From NCBI GenBank assembly GCA_963662435.1, contig OY759598.1, positions 1,210,507 through 1,274,506 of the forward strand: DNA of 64,000 nt, read 5' to 3'. This document shows, in pieces, positions 48,976 to 57,642 of this stretch (the first letter of the stretch is position 1; each line of letters begins with the position of its first letter). The notes beneath the pieces are model-generated. The model saw nothing but the letters and a program-made list of their open reading frames with translations. It did not search any database and was not told the origin of the DNA. The position numbers were made by a program, and so were the translations under genes. The DNA comes from Dehalococcoidia bacterium. GTDB taxonomy: Bacteria > Chloroflexota > Dehalococcoidia > Lucifugimonadales > VXLM01.

Positions 48976-49676
48976 TACGCAGCCTCACTTGGCGATTTCG
49001 GCCGAACGTATTGGGACAGGTCCAGTTTCTCCCGTATGAGGTCCCGAAAATGCTGCTGCTGTTCCCCTGCGGGCCTGGTCGCGTCCATGACTTGGAATGG
49101 GAACTCGTGCGACATCCGTTCATAGGTCTCGTGAATCTTCGTCTGAAAGATACGGTAGCTCTCAATGCGGTCCGAGGAGAACCCAATATCCATGCCCGCC
49201 TCGTAGTAGTTCAGGTTGCGACTGCGTCCTACGGCCCGGGCGAGCGAGACGTCCACAGGCACCTTGAACCACAGGGTCAAGTCCGGCTGGCGCGCGAAGC
49301 GATACATGTGCCGGATCCAGACAGGGTCGCATCCCCGCACGGTGTCCCTCGCATAGGCCGTATAGACGTACCGGTCGGAGAGGACGAGGTATCCTGCATG
49401 AAGGAGCGGGACAATCTGCCGCTCGTATCTGTCGGCAAAGTCGGTACCGTGAATCAAGGCGAAGGTGGTGGGACTGAGCATGTGCCGCTTCTTCGCTGCC
49501 TTCGTAGCGCTCTCGACGAGCGGCGAGGAGTTCCACTCCGTGAAGAAGACCTTGTAGCCCTCGAGCTCCAGCCATCGCTTCACGAGTCCGATCTGCGTGG
49601 ACTTTCCGGACCCGTCCAGACCCTCGACCGTGATGAGCTTGCCCGGCAACTCGTCATTGGTGCCGCCATTCGACAT
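48975..49676 (-). CDS. Thymidylate kinase-like protein 1
   Basis: VEGLDGSGKST, TEWNSS, SDRY, YYEAGMD; stop overlaps the next start. Confidence 0.82.
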   Translation of the reverse strand: MSNGGTNDELPGKLITVEGLDGSGKSTQIGLVKRWLELEGYKVFFTEWNSSPLVESATKAAKKRHMLSPTTFALIHGTDFADRYERQIVPLLHAGYLVLSDRYVYTAYARDTVRGCDPVWIRHMYRFARQPDLTLWFKVPVDVSLARAVGRSRNLNYYEAGMDIGFSSDRIESYRIFQTKIHETYERMSHEFPFQVMDATRPAGEQQQHFRDLIREKLDLSQYVRPKSPSEAA

Positions 49677-49914
49677 CGATCCACACCCCCTCCATCGTCA
49701 TTATCAGAAGCCGGACCATCAACCGTCAAGGTAAGGAAGGGTGCGGAGCCTGCGTCTTTCTTGAGCCCACTGGGGATACGCAACCCCTAATTGGCACCTC
49801 GAAGCCCAGCGTTTACGAAATACGCAAGACCCAGTGATTCTCCTCATTTGTCCGGCTAGCTCTCTTCTGCTACGGTAGTGCCACGTACCGGCGCCGCCGT
49901 GGAAAACCCTCCCC

Positions 49915-50352
49915 TTGATCAGCATCGAACACGCCATCGTGATAGACCGCCCGCCCGACGAGGTATTCGACTACCTCACAGCCCCGTGGAAGATGCCGGA
50001 ATGGCAGGAGGACGTGCTCGAAGCCACAACCGTGGGAGACCAACCGATAGGGCCGGACACGAAGGTGCGTGTTCGCAGGCGTTTCATGGGGCAGATCGTA
50101 ACCCTGACGCTGGAGACCACGGAGTTCACGCCGAATGAGCGCTTTTCTTTCGCTTCCCAGTCGGGCCCCATCACCCTGACCGGATCGGTCGCGGTCACCC
50201 CTCACGATAGGGGTACGTCGGTGCTATTCACCGTCTCGGGCGAAGGGAGCGGGCTTCTCATGCTTGCGGGCCCCTTAATCGAGCAGATAGTCCGCCAGGA
50301 GACAATGGACAACGCCGCCAATCTCAAGAGAGTTCTCGAATTAGAGCAATGA
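49915..50352 (+). CDS. SRPBCC/START-fold protein
   Basis: IDRPPDEVFDYL...PEW and C-terminal 'NLKRVLE' helix. Confidence 0.8.
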   Translation: MISIEHAIVIDRPPDEVFDYLTAPWKMPEWQEDVLEATTVGDQPIGPDTKVRVRRRFMGQIVTLTLETTEFTPNERFSFASQSGPITLTGSVAVTPHDRGTSVLFTVSGEGSGLLMLAGPLIEQIVRQETMDNAANLKRVLELEQ

Positions 50353-50365
50353 CACCGGAGACCCG

Positions 50366-50851
50366 ATGACAGACCACGACGAACAACTATCCCTCAACGA
50401 CATAACGGACTATGGACTCTGCTTCGCTTGCGGCCCTCGCAACCCCTACGGTCTAAAGCTTCACATGGAACGTGATTCTGACAGAGTCGTAGCGAAATTC
50501 ACCGCGCTGGAGGAATACCAGGGGTTCCCAGGATACCTGCACGGAGGCATCATCACCGCCCTGCTCGACGAGGTCATGAGCCGGGTCTCGATCGTTACCT
50601 ACAACCGCTGGACGATTACAGGAGGTATCGACGTTCACTTCCGAAAGCCGGTGTTTATCGGACAGGAGGTGACGGCCATTGCCGAGCACGTCGAGACGAA
50701 CCGCCGCATGGTCACGTCCAAGGCGGAGCTGCTTCTGCCTGACGGGACTGCGGCGGCCAGGGCAACGGGAAGGTTCTTCTTCCTTCCAGATGAGCGACTC
50801 GCGGATATGACGTCCGCATTTCCTGGGCTGCGTCGCGACTGGATGCGTTAG
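50366..50851 (+). CDS. PaaI family thioesterase
   Basis: CFACG..NP.GL, QGFPG.LHGGI...LLDE, FRKPV. Confidence 0.88.
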   Translation: MTDHDEQLSLNDITDYGLCFACGPRNPYGLKLHMERDSDRVVAKFTALEEYQGFPGYLHGGIITALLDEVMSRVSIVTYNRWTITGGIDVHFRKPVFIGQEVTAIAEHVETNRRMVTSKAELLLPDGTAAARATGRFFFLPDERLADMTSAFPGLRRDWMR

Positions 50852-50971
50852 GCAGCATTGGGGGAAGGAATTTACCGGACATTTCCGGACATCCTAAAGG
50901 CGTAATTGCGTAATGCTGCTAGTTAAGGCCAGAGTCCGGCTTCTCGGTTTAGGGTTGGCCTTTGTAGCCAA

Positions 50972-50992
50972 GGGCGGGTTTCAAACCCGCCC
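50972..50992. repeat. REP-like palindrome between convergent genes
   Basis: GGGCGGGTTTCAAACCCGCCC. Confidence 0.6.
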
Positions 50993-51122
50993 CAACGAGT
51001 GCAGGTAGCCGAGGTTCAGATCATAGATACAGTTCGGCTTTGCCTGCATCCGCCCTCTCCCACGACGAGAGAGGGGGTTAAACACTAACCCTTTAGCGAG
51101 GGAAGACGAGTGTCCGTGTGAC

Positions 51123-51926
51123 CTAGCTGAAGAACAGTCGCTCCGCTGTGCCGCGCAGGATCTGGTCGCGGTCGGAGTCGGAGAGGCCGAGCTTATCGCG
51201 AACGACGGAGATCGAGTCCTCCATCGTCTCCTTGACGACCTGGTACGGCGAATCGCTCCCCCACATGCATCTTTCCGGCCCAAATGCGTCGATGACGCGT
51301 CCGATCATGGGAATCAGGTCGTCATGCGGCGGCCCGTCTCCCAAGGAGTGGAGTCTTGAGATCTTCACGTGGGTATTCGGCAGGGTGGCAATATCGGTCA
51401 GCTGTGCGATGTGAGCATCGTTGATGGGCTCCATTTCCCCTACCCGCGTCATGTGATCGACGACAACCGTGGTATCCGCGTGCTTGGCGGCCATCTCCTT
51501 GATAGCAGGAGCTCCGGCCGGATGCGTGATTGGACACATGGCCTGTCCGGTCCTGGCTGCAGCCTCGAAGAGCCGGTCCCACTGCGGTCCGTCGTAGTCG
51601 ACTCCTATTCGGAAGCCCCGGACGCCCTGCGTCTTCAGGGCCTCCATGTCCTCCTGCACGTTTTCCTTCGTCTCGTCGACAATGCCGATGACGCTGAACA
51701 CATCCGGGAACCGCTTGATGGCGTCCGTCGCGTAGCTGTTGTCGAACTGGTGATAGCCCGTCTGCACGATGACGACCCTCTCGATCCCTGAAGGGCGCGC
51801 GTGCCGCAGGTACATTTCCGGCGTAAAGTCCGGTGGGTCAAGATCCGCGGCCGTCTGTCCTCCCGCAAGGGGATAGCACCCTGTGTCTGAAGTCCAGAGG
51901 TGAATATGGGCGTCGATCCAAGCCAT
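51123..51926 (-). CDS. Amidohydrolase family 2 protein (lactonase-like)
   Basis: IDAHIHLW, VRGFR, VVDHM, HVKIS, FGPERCMWGSDSP; RBS GAAGGAG. Confidence 0.88.
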   Translation of the reverse strand: MAWIDAHIHLWTSDTGCYPLAGGQTAADLDPPDFTPEMYLRHARPSGIERVVIVQTGYHQFDNSYATDAIKRFPDVFSVIGIVDETKENVQEDMEALKTQGVRGFRIGVDYDGPQWDRLFEAAARTGQAMCPITHPAGAPAIKEMAAKHADTTVVVDHMTRVGEMEPINDAHIAQLTDIATLPNTHVKISRLHSLGDGPPHDDLIPMIGRVIDAFGPERCMWGSDSPYQVVKETMEDSISVVRDKLGLSDSDRDQILRGTAERLFFS

Positions 51927-51972
51927 GGGCACTCCTTCAGGCGATGGTTGTCACTGGGGGTGTGTGGTTTTG

Positions 51973-52008
51973 CCCCCTCTCAGTGTATCTCCCCCACTGG
52001 AGGAAGAA
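51973..52008. repeat. Degenerate CCCCCTCTC..TCTCCCCC..GGGGGAGA palindromic element
   Basis: Similar to 55619-55655. Confidence 0.5.
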
Positions 52009-52023
52009 ATTGTTGATTGGCGT

Positions 52024-53052
52024 CTATGCTCGTTTGAATATTTGGAAGCGGTGGCGGTTGCTCTCCACCACGTACACCCGGTCCTCCGCGTCCACAGTGA
52101 CGGCAACAGGTCCCCAGAAGTAGGGCTCCGTCTGCGAAGATACCTGGTACGGATCGTCGGCCAAATGGGGTGGAAGCTCAGGCATGAGGTTGGCGACCTT
52201 CCGCACCTCGACCTCGTCGGGGTTTGAGGCGAAGAAGTCCTTCGCCCACAGCGAGAGAGTGGCCCGTCCACGTTCAGTCGTATAGAGAGCGCCGTTTGGG
52301 GTGAGCACCTGAAGACGCTCGTTGCCCCAGTCGGTCACGTAAATGTAACCCTCCGAATCGACAGCGACTCCTGAGGGCCGATTGAACAGTTCATTCCCCA
52401 GTCCACCGAAGGACTGAAGATGTCTGCCGTCGGGCGAGAAGCGCTTGACTGCATTGTGGCGCCAGTCTGCCACGAGGACGTTATCGTCGGCGTCGATGCA
52501 GAGTCCCCACGGCTGGTATAGGCTATGCCTAGGCGTCACGTCCTCCTCGCGTCCAAACCTGTTGATGAACTGTCCGGCTGCGGTGAACTTGTTGATGGAG
52601 TGGCTGTGCTGGTCGGCGATGTAAACGTTGTCATTCGAGTCGATGGCGATGCCGGCCGGCCCGTTGAGCTTTCCCGGATCGGAGCCGTGCTCGCCCCACT
52701 GATCGAGGAACTTGCCTTCAGAGCTATAGATCACCACTCGATGGTTGTACTCGTCGGTGATATACAAGCGTTCCTGGCTGTCGAAGGCCATCGCGACCGG
52801 AAGGACGAACTGCCCCGGATCGCTGCCATAGCCCTCGCTGAACTCGAATAGGAAGTTCTCGTCGAGATCCTGTACGCCCACCCGAATTGCCCTTGCACGA
52901 ACGGGATCGCAGCGGCTGAGTACGTAGATGCGGCCGTCGGTGCTCACGGCGATACTGTACGGATTGGCGAAGCCTCGCCCGTTGTCGCCGTTGTTGGTGA
53001 TGCCAATCGTCTTTATGTAGTCGAGCGTTGTTGCAGCGGTTGCTGTCGTCAT
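52024..53052 (-). CDS. NHL-repeat beta-propeller protein (copy b)
   Basis: Repeated P.GIAID..D.VYIAD..N.R blades; no signal peptide. Confidence 0.9.
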   Translation of the reverse strand: MTTATAATTLDYIKTIGITNNGDNGRGFANPYSIAVSTDGRIYVLSRCDPVRARAIRVGVQDLDENFLFEFSEGYGSDPGQFVLPVAMAFDSQERLYITDEYNHRVVIYSSEGKFLDQWGEHGSDPGKLNGPAGIAIDSNDNVYIADQHSHSINKFTAAGQFINRFGREEDVTPRHSLYQPWGLCIDADDNVLVADWRHNAVKRFSPDGRHLQSFGGLGNELFNRPSGVAVDSEGYIYVTDWGNERLQVLTPNGALYTTERGRATLSLWAKDFFASNPDEVEVRKVANLMPELPPHLADDPYQVSSQTEPYFWGPVAVTVDAEDRVYVVESNRHRFQIFKRA

Positions 53053-53095
53053 CGTTGCCTGTTAACTCCGTATTCTGGAAGACCGGCGCGTGCCG

Positions 53096-54508
53096 TCACG
53101 CCATCTGGTATTCTCGGGTAGCCGCGATCAGGCCGAGAAGCTCTCCCAACCGATCGTCTGAAGTGGTGCTCTCCAGGCAAACGTCGCCCTGACCGGATAC
53201 GTGGTCTATGAGCGCCGACCTCGTGTCAGCGGCTACGTCAATCGCGCCCATCAGGCCCAGGCAGTTGTCTACTACCTCGTCGGGAGTCAGGGTTCCGCCG
53301 TTGGCCTCACCCAGCTGGCCGATGATGGCCCGTATTCCCGGCTTGGACGTGTCCGACAGCTCATTCGCCACGAAGTTGACTCGCTCCACGAGCGCTCCGC
53401 TGTCGATCCACTCCTCCGCCTCGTGCCACCCTTCAACGGTCGGGGGGTTCAGGAGACCCTGTCCCATGAAGAAGGCCTGCTCAGCCACCTGGTCGATGCC
53501 GAGTGTGGGCTGCCTGTAGCTGCCTGCAGTCTTGATCGCGCCGACGATGTACTCCACCGGCCCTTTGACTCTCGCGTATCGGGCGGCGTCCGACTTGAAA
53601 TAGTCGGAGTTGAACAACGTCCTCAGCACAGACCTGATCTCATAGTCGGAGGCGAAGTAGGACGCAATCATCTCTTCGATGCACGCCTGTCCGTCTTCGT
53701 CGACCTTATCGGCGGCAAAGAACTGGAATAGGCGCGTGCAGATAAACTCCGCCGTCGCCCGCTGCCTGCAGATGATCTCTACGATATCCTCGCCGTTGAA
53801 GTTTCCGGACTCGCCGAGGAAGGTCTTTTCGCCCTGGTCGTGATCGTCCTCTCGGAACTGGAAGTGCCACGCGATCCTGCTATACGGCCAGATCGAGTCC
53901 TTCATCGCACGCATCGCCATGTACTCGACGTTGCCGAGCGTCCATCCGGTGAAGGCACGAGAGGCCTCTTTTATGTCGTCCTCGGTATAGTTGCCGATGC
54001 CCATGGAGAACAGTTCCAGCAGCTCCCTGCCGTAGTTCTCGTTTATGTGTCCGTTGTGGTTCTCATTGTTGTCGAGCCACAGCAGCATGGCAGGGTCCTT
54101 GGACAACTCGATGAGCATGGTGTCGAACCGTCCCAGCCCGTGAATTCGGAACATGTCGATCTGGTTCAGGAGCGAGCGAGCCTGGTTGAGCTTCGTGTAG
54201 CCCGTTGCGAAAAGACTGTGAAAGAACAGGGCCACCCGTTCTTCGAGGGGGTTTTTCGTGGTGACCATCCTGTAGAGCCAGTTGCCGGCCGCCGAGTATG
54301 GCTGTCGAAGCTCAGACTGGTCGACGTGATAGCGACGAATTACGTCCTGGGGAAGGTCACTCGGATCGTCGGGACTCAAGAGTTCCTCGACAGTCTCCTC
54401 GTAGCCCTTCGCGGTCCTGTCCTTGAGTTCGGCAAGCGGAGCGCCGAACGCCGCCCGTCGCATCAAGTGCGCCGTGAGTGCGATGTCTTGCTTTGCCGTC
54501 GTGGTCAT
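53096..54508 (-). CDS. DUF1800 family protein (copy b)
   Basis: HLMRRAAFG, DPAMLLWLDN, NENYGRELLELFSMG, ASRAFTGW, PPTVEGW, EYQ. Confidence 0.9.
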   Translation of the reverse strand: MTTTAKQDIALTAHLMRRAAFGAPLAELKDRTAKGYEETVEELLSPDDPSDLPQDVIRRYHVDQSELRQPYSAAGNWLYRMVTTKNPLEERVALFFHSLFATGYTKLNQARSLLNQIDMFRIHGLGRFDTMLIELSKDPAMLLWLDNNENHNGHINENYGRELLELFSMGIGNYTEDDIKEASRAFTGWTLGNVEYMAMRAMKDSIWPYSRIAWHFQFREDDHDQGEKTFLGESGNFNGEDIVEIICRQRATAEFICTRLFQFFAADKVDEDGQACIEEMIASYFASDYEIRSVLRTLFNSDYFKSDAARYARVKGPVEYIVGAIKTAGSYRQPTLGIDQVAEQAFFMGQGLLNPPTVEGWHEAEEWIDSGALVERVNFVANELSDTSKPGIRAIIGQLGEANGGTLTPDEVVDNCLGLMGAIDVAADTRSALIDHVSGQGDVCLESTTSDDRLGELLGLIAATREYQMA

Positions 54509-54572
54509 TGCTTCCTCCAAGTTCGATGTTGGTTTTCAGACTCCCAACACGTTAAAGTTTAATCGAAAAGCC

Positions 54573-55595
54573 CTAGTCCTCTGACTTGGTATACACCTGT
54601 ATACGATGTCGATTTCGTTCCAGTACGAACAGCCGCCCTTCGGGATCAAGGCGGAGGCTTATAGGACTCCAGAAGATCGTCTCGATCTGGGACGCGACCT
54701 CGTGCGGGTCGTCCGTGGTAAGCAGATGATACTGCGCGAGGTCGGACTCCGCTCTTGCCCGGTTCTCATCCTGGTTCGAATCGAGGAACTCCTGGGCCCA
54801 GACCGATGTTGTCGCCTGGCCTTTCAGCACCTGCACTAGCCCGCCCTCCGGATCGAAGACCTTGACACGCTCATTCCCCCAGTCGGCGATGTACATATAG
54901 CCGTCTCCATCCACCTCGACGGAGGCCGGCCGATGGAGCTGATGCTCGTCCCTGCCCGGCTCGCCATAGGCGGCCACAAACTGGCCGTCCGGCGTGAACC
55001 GCTGGATGCGGTCATTCCTCCAGTCCGCCACGTAGATGTCGCCGTCAGGAGCGATGCACAGTCCCCATGGGAGGTTGAACTCGCCTTCTCCAGTTCCCTC
55101 AGTGCCGAAGGACGTCAGAAAAATCCCGTCTCGCGTGTACTTCTGGATTCGGTTGTTGCTGTGGTCGACGATGTAGAGGTTGTCATCGGCGTCGCACTCG
55201 ATGCCGGACGGGCCGTCGAACATTCCCTCTCCGGTCCCCTTTGTGCCCCACTTCTTCACGAACTTGACTTCGCTGTCGAAAACGGAGATACGCTGCAGGT
55301 ACTCGTCGGCCACGAATACATTGCCTTCAGAGTCGAGGGCAATATCGGTCGGCCATGTGAACTGGCCGTCACCGCTTCCGTACGACCCGAAATCGCCGTA
55401 GTACCCCGACTCGTAGTCCATTGTCGTTATTCTCGCGCCACGGATGTCGCCGTCGTGCGAGCGTCCCTGTACGAATAGGCGACCATCGGAACGGAAGGCC
55501 AGCGCCACGGCGTAGTAGAATCCGCGAGCGTCCATGGCCGCGATCCCGAGGGTCCGGTCGTACGTGAGGAAATCGGTCTGTGTTGTAGTCGTCAT
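54573..55595 (-). CDS. NHL-repeat beta-propeller protein (copy a)
   Basis: GQFTWPTDIALD, GEFNLPWGL, YVADWRNDRIQ, YIADWGNERV; ATG 55595. Confidence 0.9.
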   Translation of the reverse strand: MTTTTQTDFLTYDRTLGIAAMDARGFYYAVALAFRSDGRLFVQGRSHDGDIRGARITTMDYESGYYGDFGSYGSGDGQFTWPTDIALDSEGNVFVADEYLQRISVFDSEVKFVKKWGTKGTGEGMFDGPSGIECDADDNLYIVDHSNNRIQKYTRDGIFLTSFGTEGTGEGEFNLPWGLCIAPDGDIYVADWRNDRIQRFTPDGQFVAAYGEPGRDEHQLHRPASVEVDGDGYMYIADWGNERVKVFDPEGGLVQVLKGQATTSVWAQEFLDSNQDENRARAESDLAQYHLLTTDDPHEVASQIETIFWSPISLRLDPEGRLFVLERNRHRIQVYTKSED

Positions 55596-55618
55596 GCTGC
55601 CTTTAGCGCTCGAGAGGT

Positions 55619-55655
55619 CCCCCTCTCTGTATCTCTCCCCCGCCGGGGGAGAGAG
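55619..55655. repeat. Palindromic intergenic element with a 10-bp stem
   Basis: TCTCTCCCCC-GCC-GGGGGAGAGA (55632-55654). Confidence 0.6.
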
Positions 55656-55659
55656 CAAT

Positions 55660-57090
55660 TTAGCCTTTCTGGAACTCCGGAGTCGCGCCGATCAGTTGCA
55701 CCATCTCCGCAATGCGCCTTCGACCACTGCCGTCGCCGTTGATCGAGACCTCACCCTCTGCGGACGCGTGATCAATCAGGGATTTTCTCGACGTATCCGT
55801 GATCCGAATAGCACCCATGCGGTCGAGGCACGTATCCACCAGCTCGTCCGGTCGGGCAGTCCCGCCGGAGGCCGCGATCTCTGCGTCGACCGACTCGGAT
55901 ATGCCCTCAGTGAAGTCCTTCGAGAAGTGGTCAGAGGCGAAGTTGATGCGCTCCACGAGGTTGCCGGTGTCGATCCACTCGTCGCCCCAGTGCCATCCCT
56001 CCACGCTTGGCGGGTTCACCAGCGTCTGGCCCATTAGTCCCATGGCGTTGGCGTCTTCCTGGATTGCCGGTGAGTAAGTTCGGTGCTCGCCGGTGAGGCG
56101 AAGAACGCCGGCAACGAGTTCCGCAGGGCTCTTGACCTTCTCGTACCAGACGGACTCAGACTTGAAGAATTCTGACCGGAACATGGTCTCGAGCATGGGC
56201 CTGACCGTGCAGCCGCCCTTGAAGTAGGCCTCCGAGAGGATGTCGATGGCTTCAGGATCGCGAGGCGGCGTGTAGGGCCACGAAGGTACGGGAGGCTCGT
56301 CGGCCACGAAGAAGCTGTACATGTGACGTGCGAGGAACCTGGGCGTCGCCTGCTGGTCGCAGATGATGTCGACGATGTCCTGGCCATTGAAGTTGCCGGT
56401 GTGACCGAGGAAGGTGATCTCCCCCTCATCGTGGTCGTAGTCGCGGAACTCGAAGTGGAGGTTCAGCCGTCCGTACGGCCAGAGCGAATCGTTGTCGGCC
56501 TTCAGCTTCATGTACTCGGTGTTGCCGACAGTCCAGCCGGTGAAGGCGCGCGAGGCCTCCTTCACGTCGTCCTCGGTGTAGTTGCCCACGCCCATGGAGA
56601 AAAGCTCCAGGAGCTCACGCCCGTAGTTCTCGTTGATGGCGCCGTTGTGGTTCTCGTTGTTGTCGAGCCAGATGATCATCGAGGGGTCCCTGGAAAGCTC
56701 CACGAGCAGCGTCCGAAGGTCGCCGAAACCGTGATTGCGGAACATCTGGATCTGGTCCATGAGGACCTTGCCCTGCGTCAGCTTGGAATAGCCGGTCGCG
56801 AAGACGCCGTGCCAGAAGAGCGCGACCTTTTCAACAAGTGGAGTCTGGCTGTTGATCATTCGGTGCAGCCAGTGGGCGCCGAACCCCGCCATGCCGAGGC
56901 CGCCCGAGTGGTCGGGATGGTAGCGCCGTAACAGGTCGATCTGTATGCCGTCTGGCTTGTCGGTTTCCAGGAGCATGTCGACGGTGGCGTCGTAGCCCAG
57001 TGCGGCATACTGTTCAATCTCGTCGCGGGTTGCACCGAAACCGGCGCGCCGCATCAGGTGTCCTATGAGTTCGATTTCGTGATTTGTCAT
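55660..57090 (-). CDS. DUF1800 family protein (copy a)
   Basis: HLMRRAGFG, LFWHG.FAT, NENYGRELLELFSMG, KVKSPAE, PPSVEGW, PEFQ. Confidence 0.9.
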   Translation of the reverse strand: MTNHEIELIGHLMRRAGFGATRDEIEQYAALGYDATVDMLLETDKPDGIQIDLLRRYHPDHSGGLGMAGFGAHWLHRMINSQTPLVEKVALFWHGVFATGYSKLTQGKVLMDQIQMFRNHGFGDLRTLLVELSRDPSMIIWLDNNENHNGAINENYGRELLELFSMGVGNYTEDDVKEASRAFTGWTVGNTEYMKLKADNDSLWPYGRLNLHFEFRDYDHDEGEITFLGHTGNFNGQDIVDIICDQQATPRFLARHMYSFFVADEPPVPSWPYTPPRDPEAIDILSEAYFKGGCTVRPMLETMFRSEFFKSESVWYEKVKSPAELVAGVLRLTGEHRTYSPAIQEDANAMGLMGQTLVNPPSVEGWHWGDEWIDTGNLVERINFASDHFSKDFTEGISESVDAEIAASGGTARPDELVDTCLDRMGAIRITDTSRKSLIDHASAEGEVSINGDGSGRRRIAEMVQLIGATPEFQKG

Positions 57091-57112
57091 CGCTGTCCTC
57101 GTGTGGGATTGC

Positions 57113-57619
57113 TTAGTCCTGATTGAACGACTCGGTCAGTGAATTTAGATAGACGTATGGCTGGAGGATTGCGGGTTTCCAGCCCGTGGCCTCTTGTATG
57201 AAGCCTCCCTTATGACTCCGCTCAGTGTTCCACTCCTTGTCCAGTACCGGCAATTCGAGCCAGTTGAGCTTGCTCTTGGTCTCCGCATCCACGGGCCAGG
57301 TGAAGAATGTGAGGAAGTCTTCGCGGGCGTGGCCAGAGTAGTGCTCGTACTGAAATGGCATCGACTCCAGCACCCTCGCGTCTTCGCTCTCAACATACCA
57401 GTAGATGGGAATGAGTCCTCCGCTAAACCCCCTTGAACGGATGCGCCCGACCCAGAGTTTCATGAGTTTGGACGCGCTCATCGTCTCAGCGCTGAAATCT
57501 TCGCTGACGGGGTCGAGGACAAGCTCCCAGTTGGCCCGCAGGTCGGTTTTCCAAAGATCCCCGCTGCGACGGCCCTGAAACTCCCAGACCTTGGCGTTTG
57601 CCTGTTCCAGCACCTCCAA
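57113..57619 (-). CDS. Trp-rich soluble hypothetical protein
   Basis: 168-aa ORF that fills the gap inside the DUF1501-DUF1800 operon; no family recognised. Confidence 0.65.
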   Translation of the reverse strand: MEVLEQANAKVWEFQGRRSGDLWKTDLRANWELVLDPVSEDFSAETMSASKLMKLWVGRIRSRGFSGGLIPIYWYVESEDARVLESMPFQYEHYSGHAREDFLTFFTWPVDAETKSKLNWLELPVLDKEWNTERSHKGGFIQEATGWKPAILQPYVYLNSLTESFNQD

Positions 57620-57642
57620 TCACCTAAGTTGGTCGGCCCGTC

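Noticed and set aside
49700..49860. Nested inverted repeats (AGCCGGAC/GTCCGGCT, CACTGGG/CCCAGTG) as a possible SRP, 6S or riboswitch RNA
   Set aside because: No diagnostic motif, asymmetric arms, and a promoter-like TTGACG..GATAAT sits right next to the tmk-like start.
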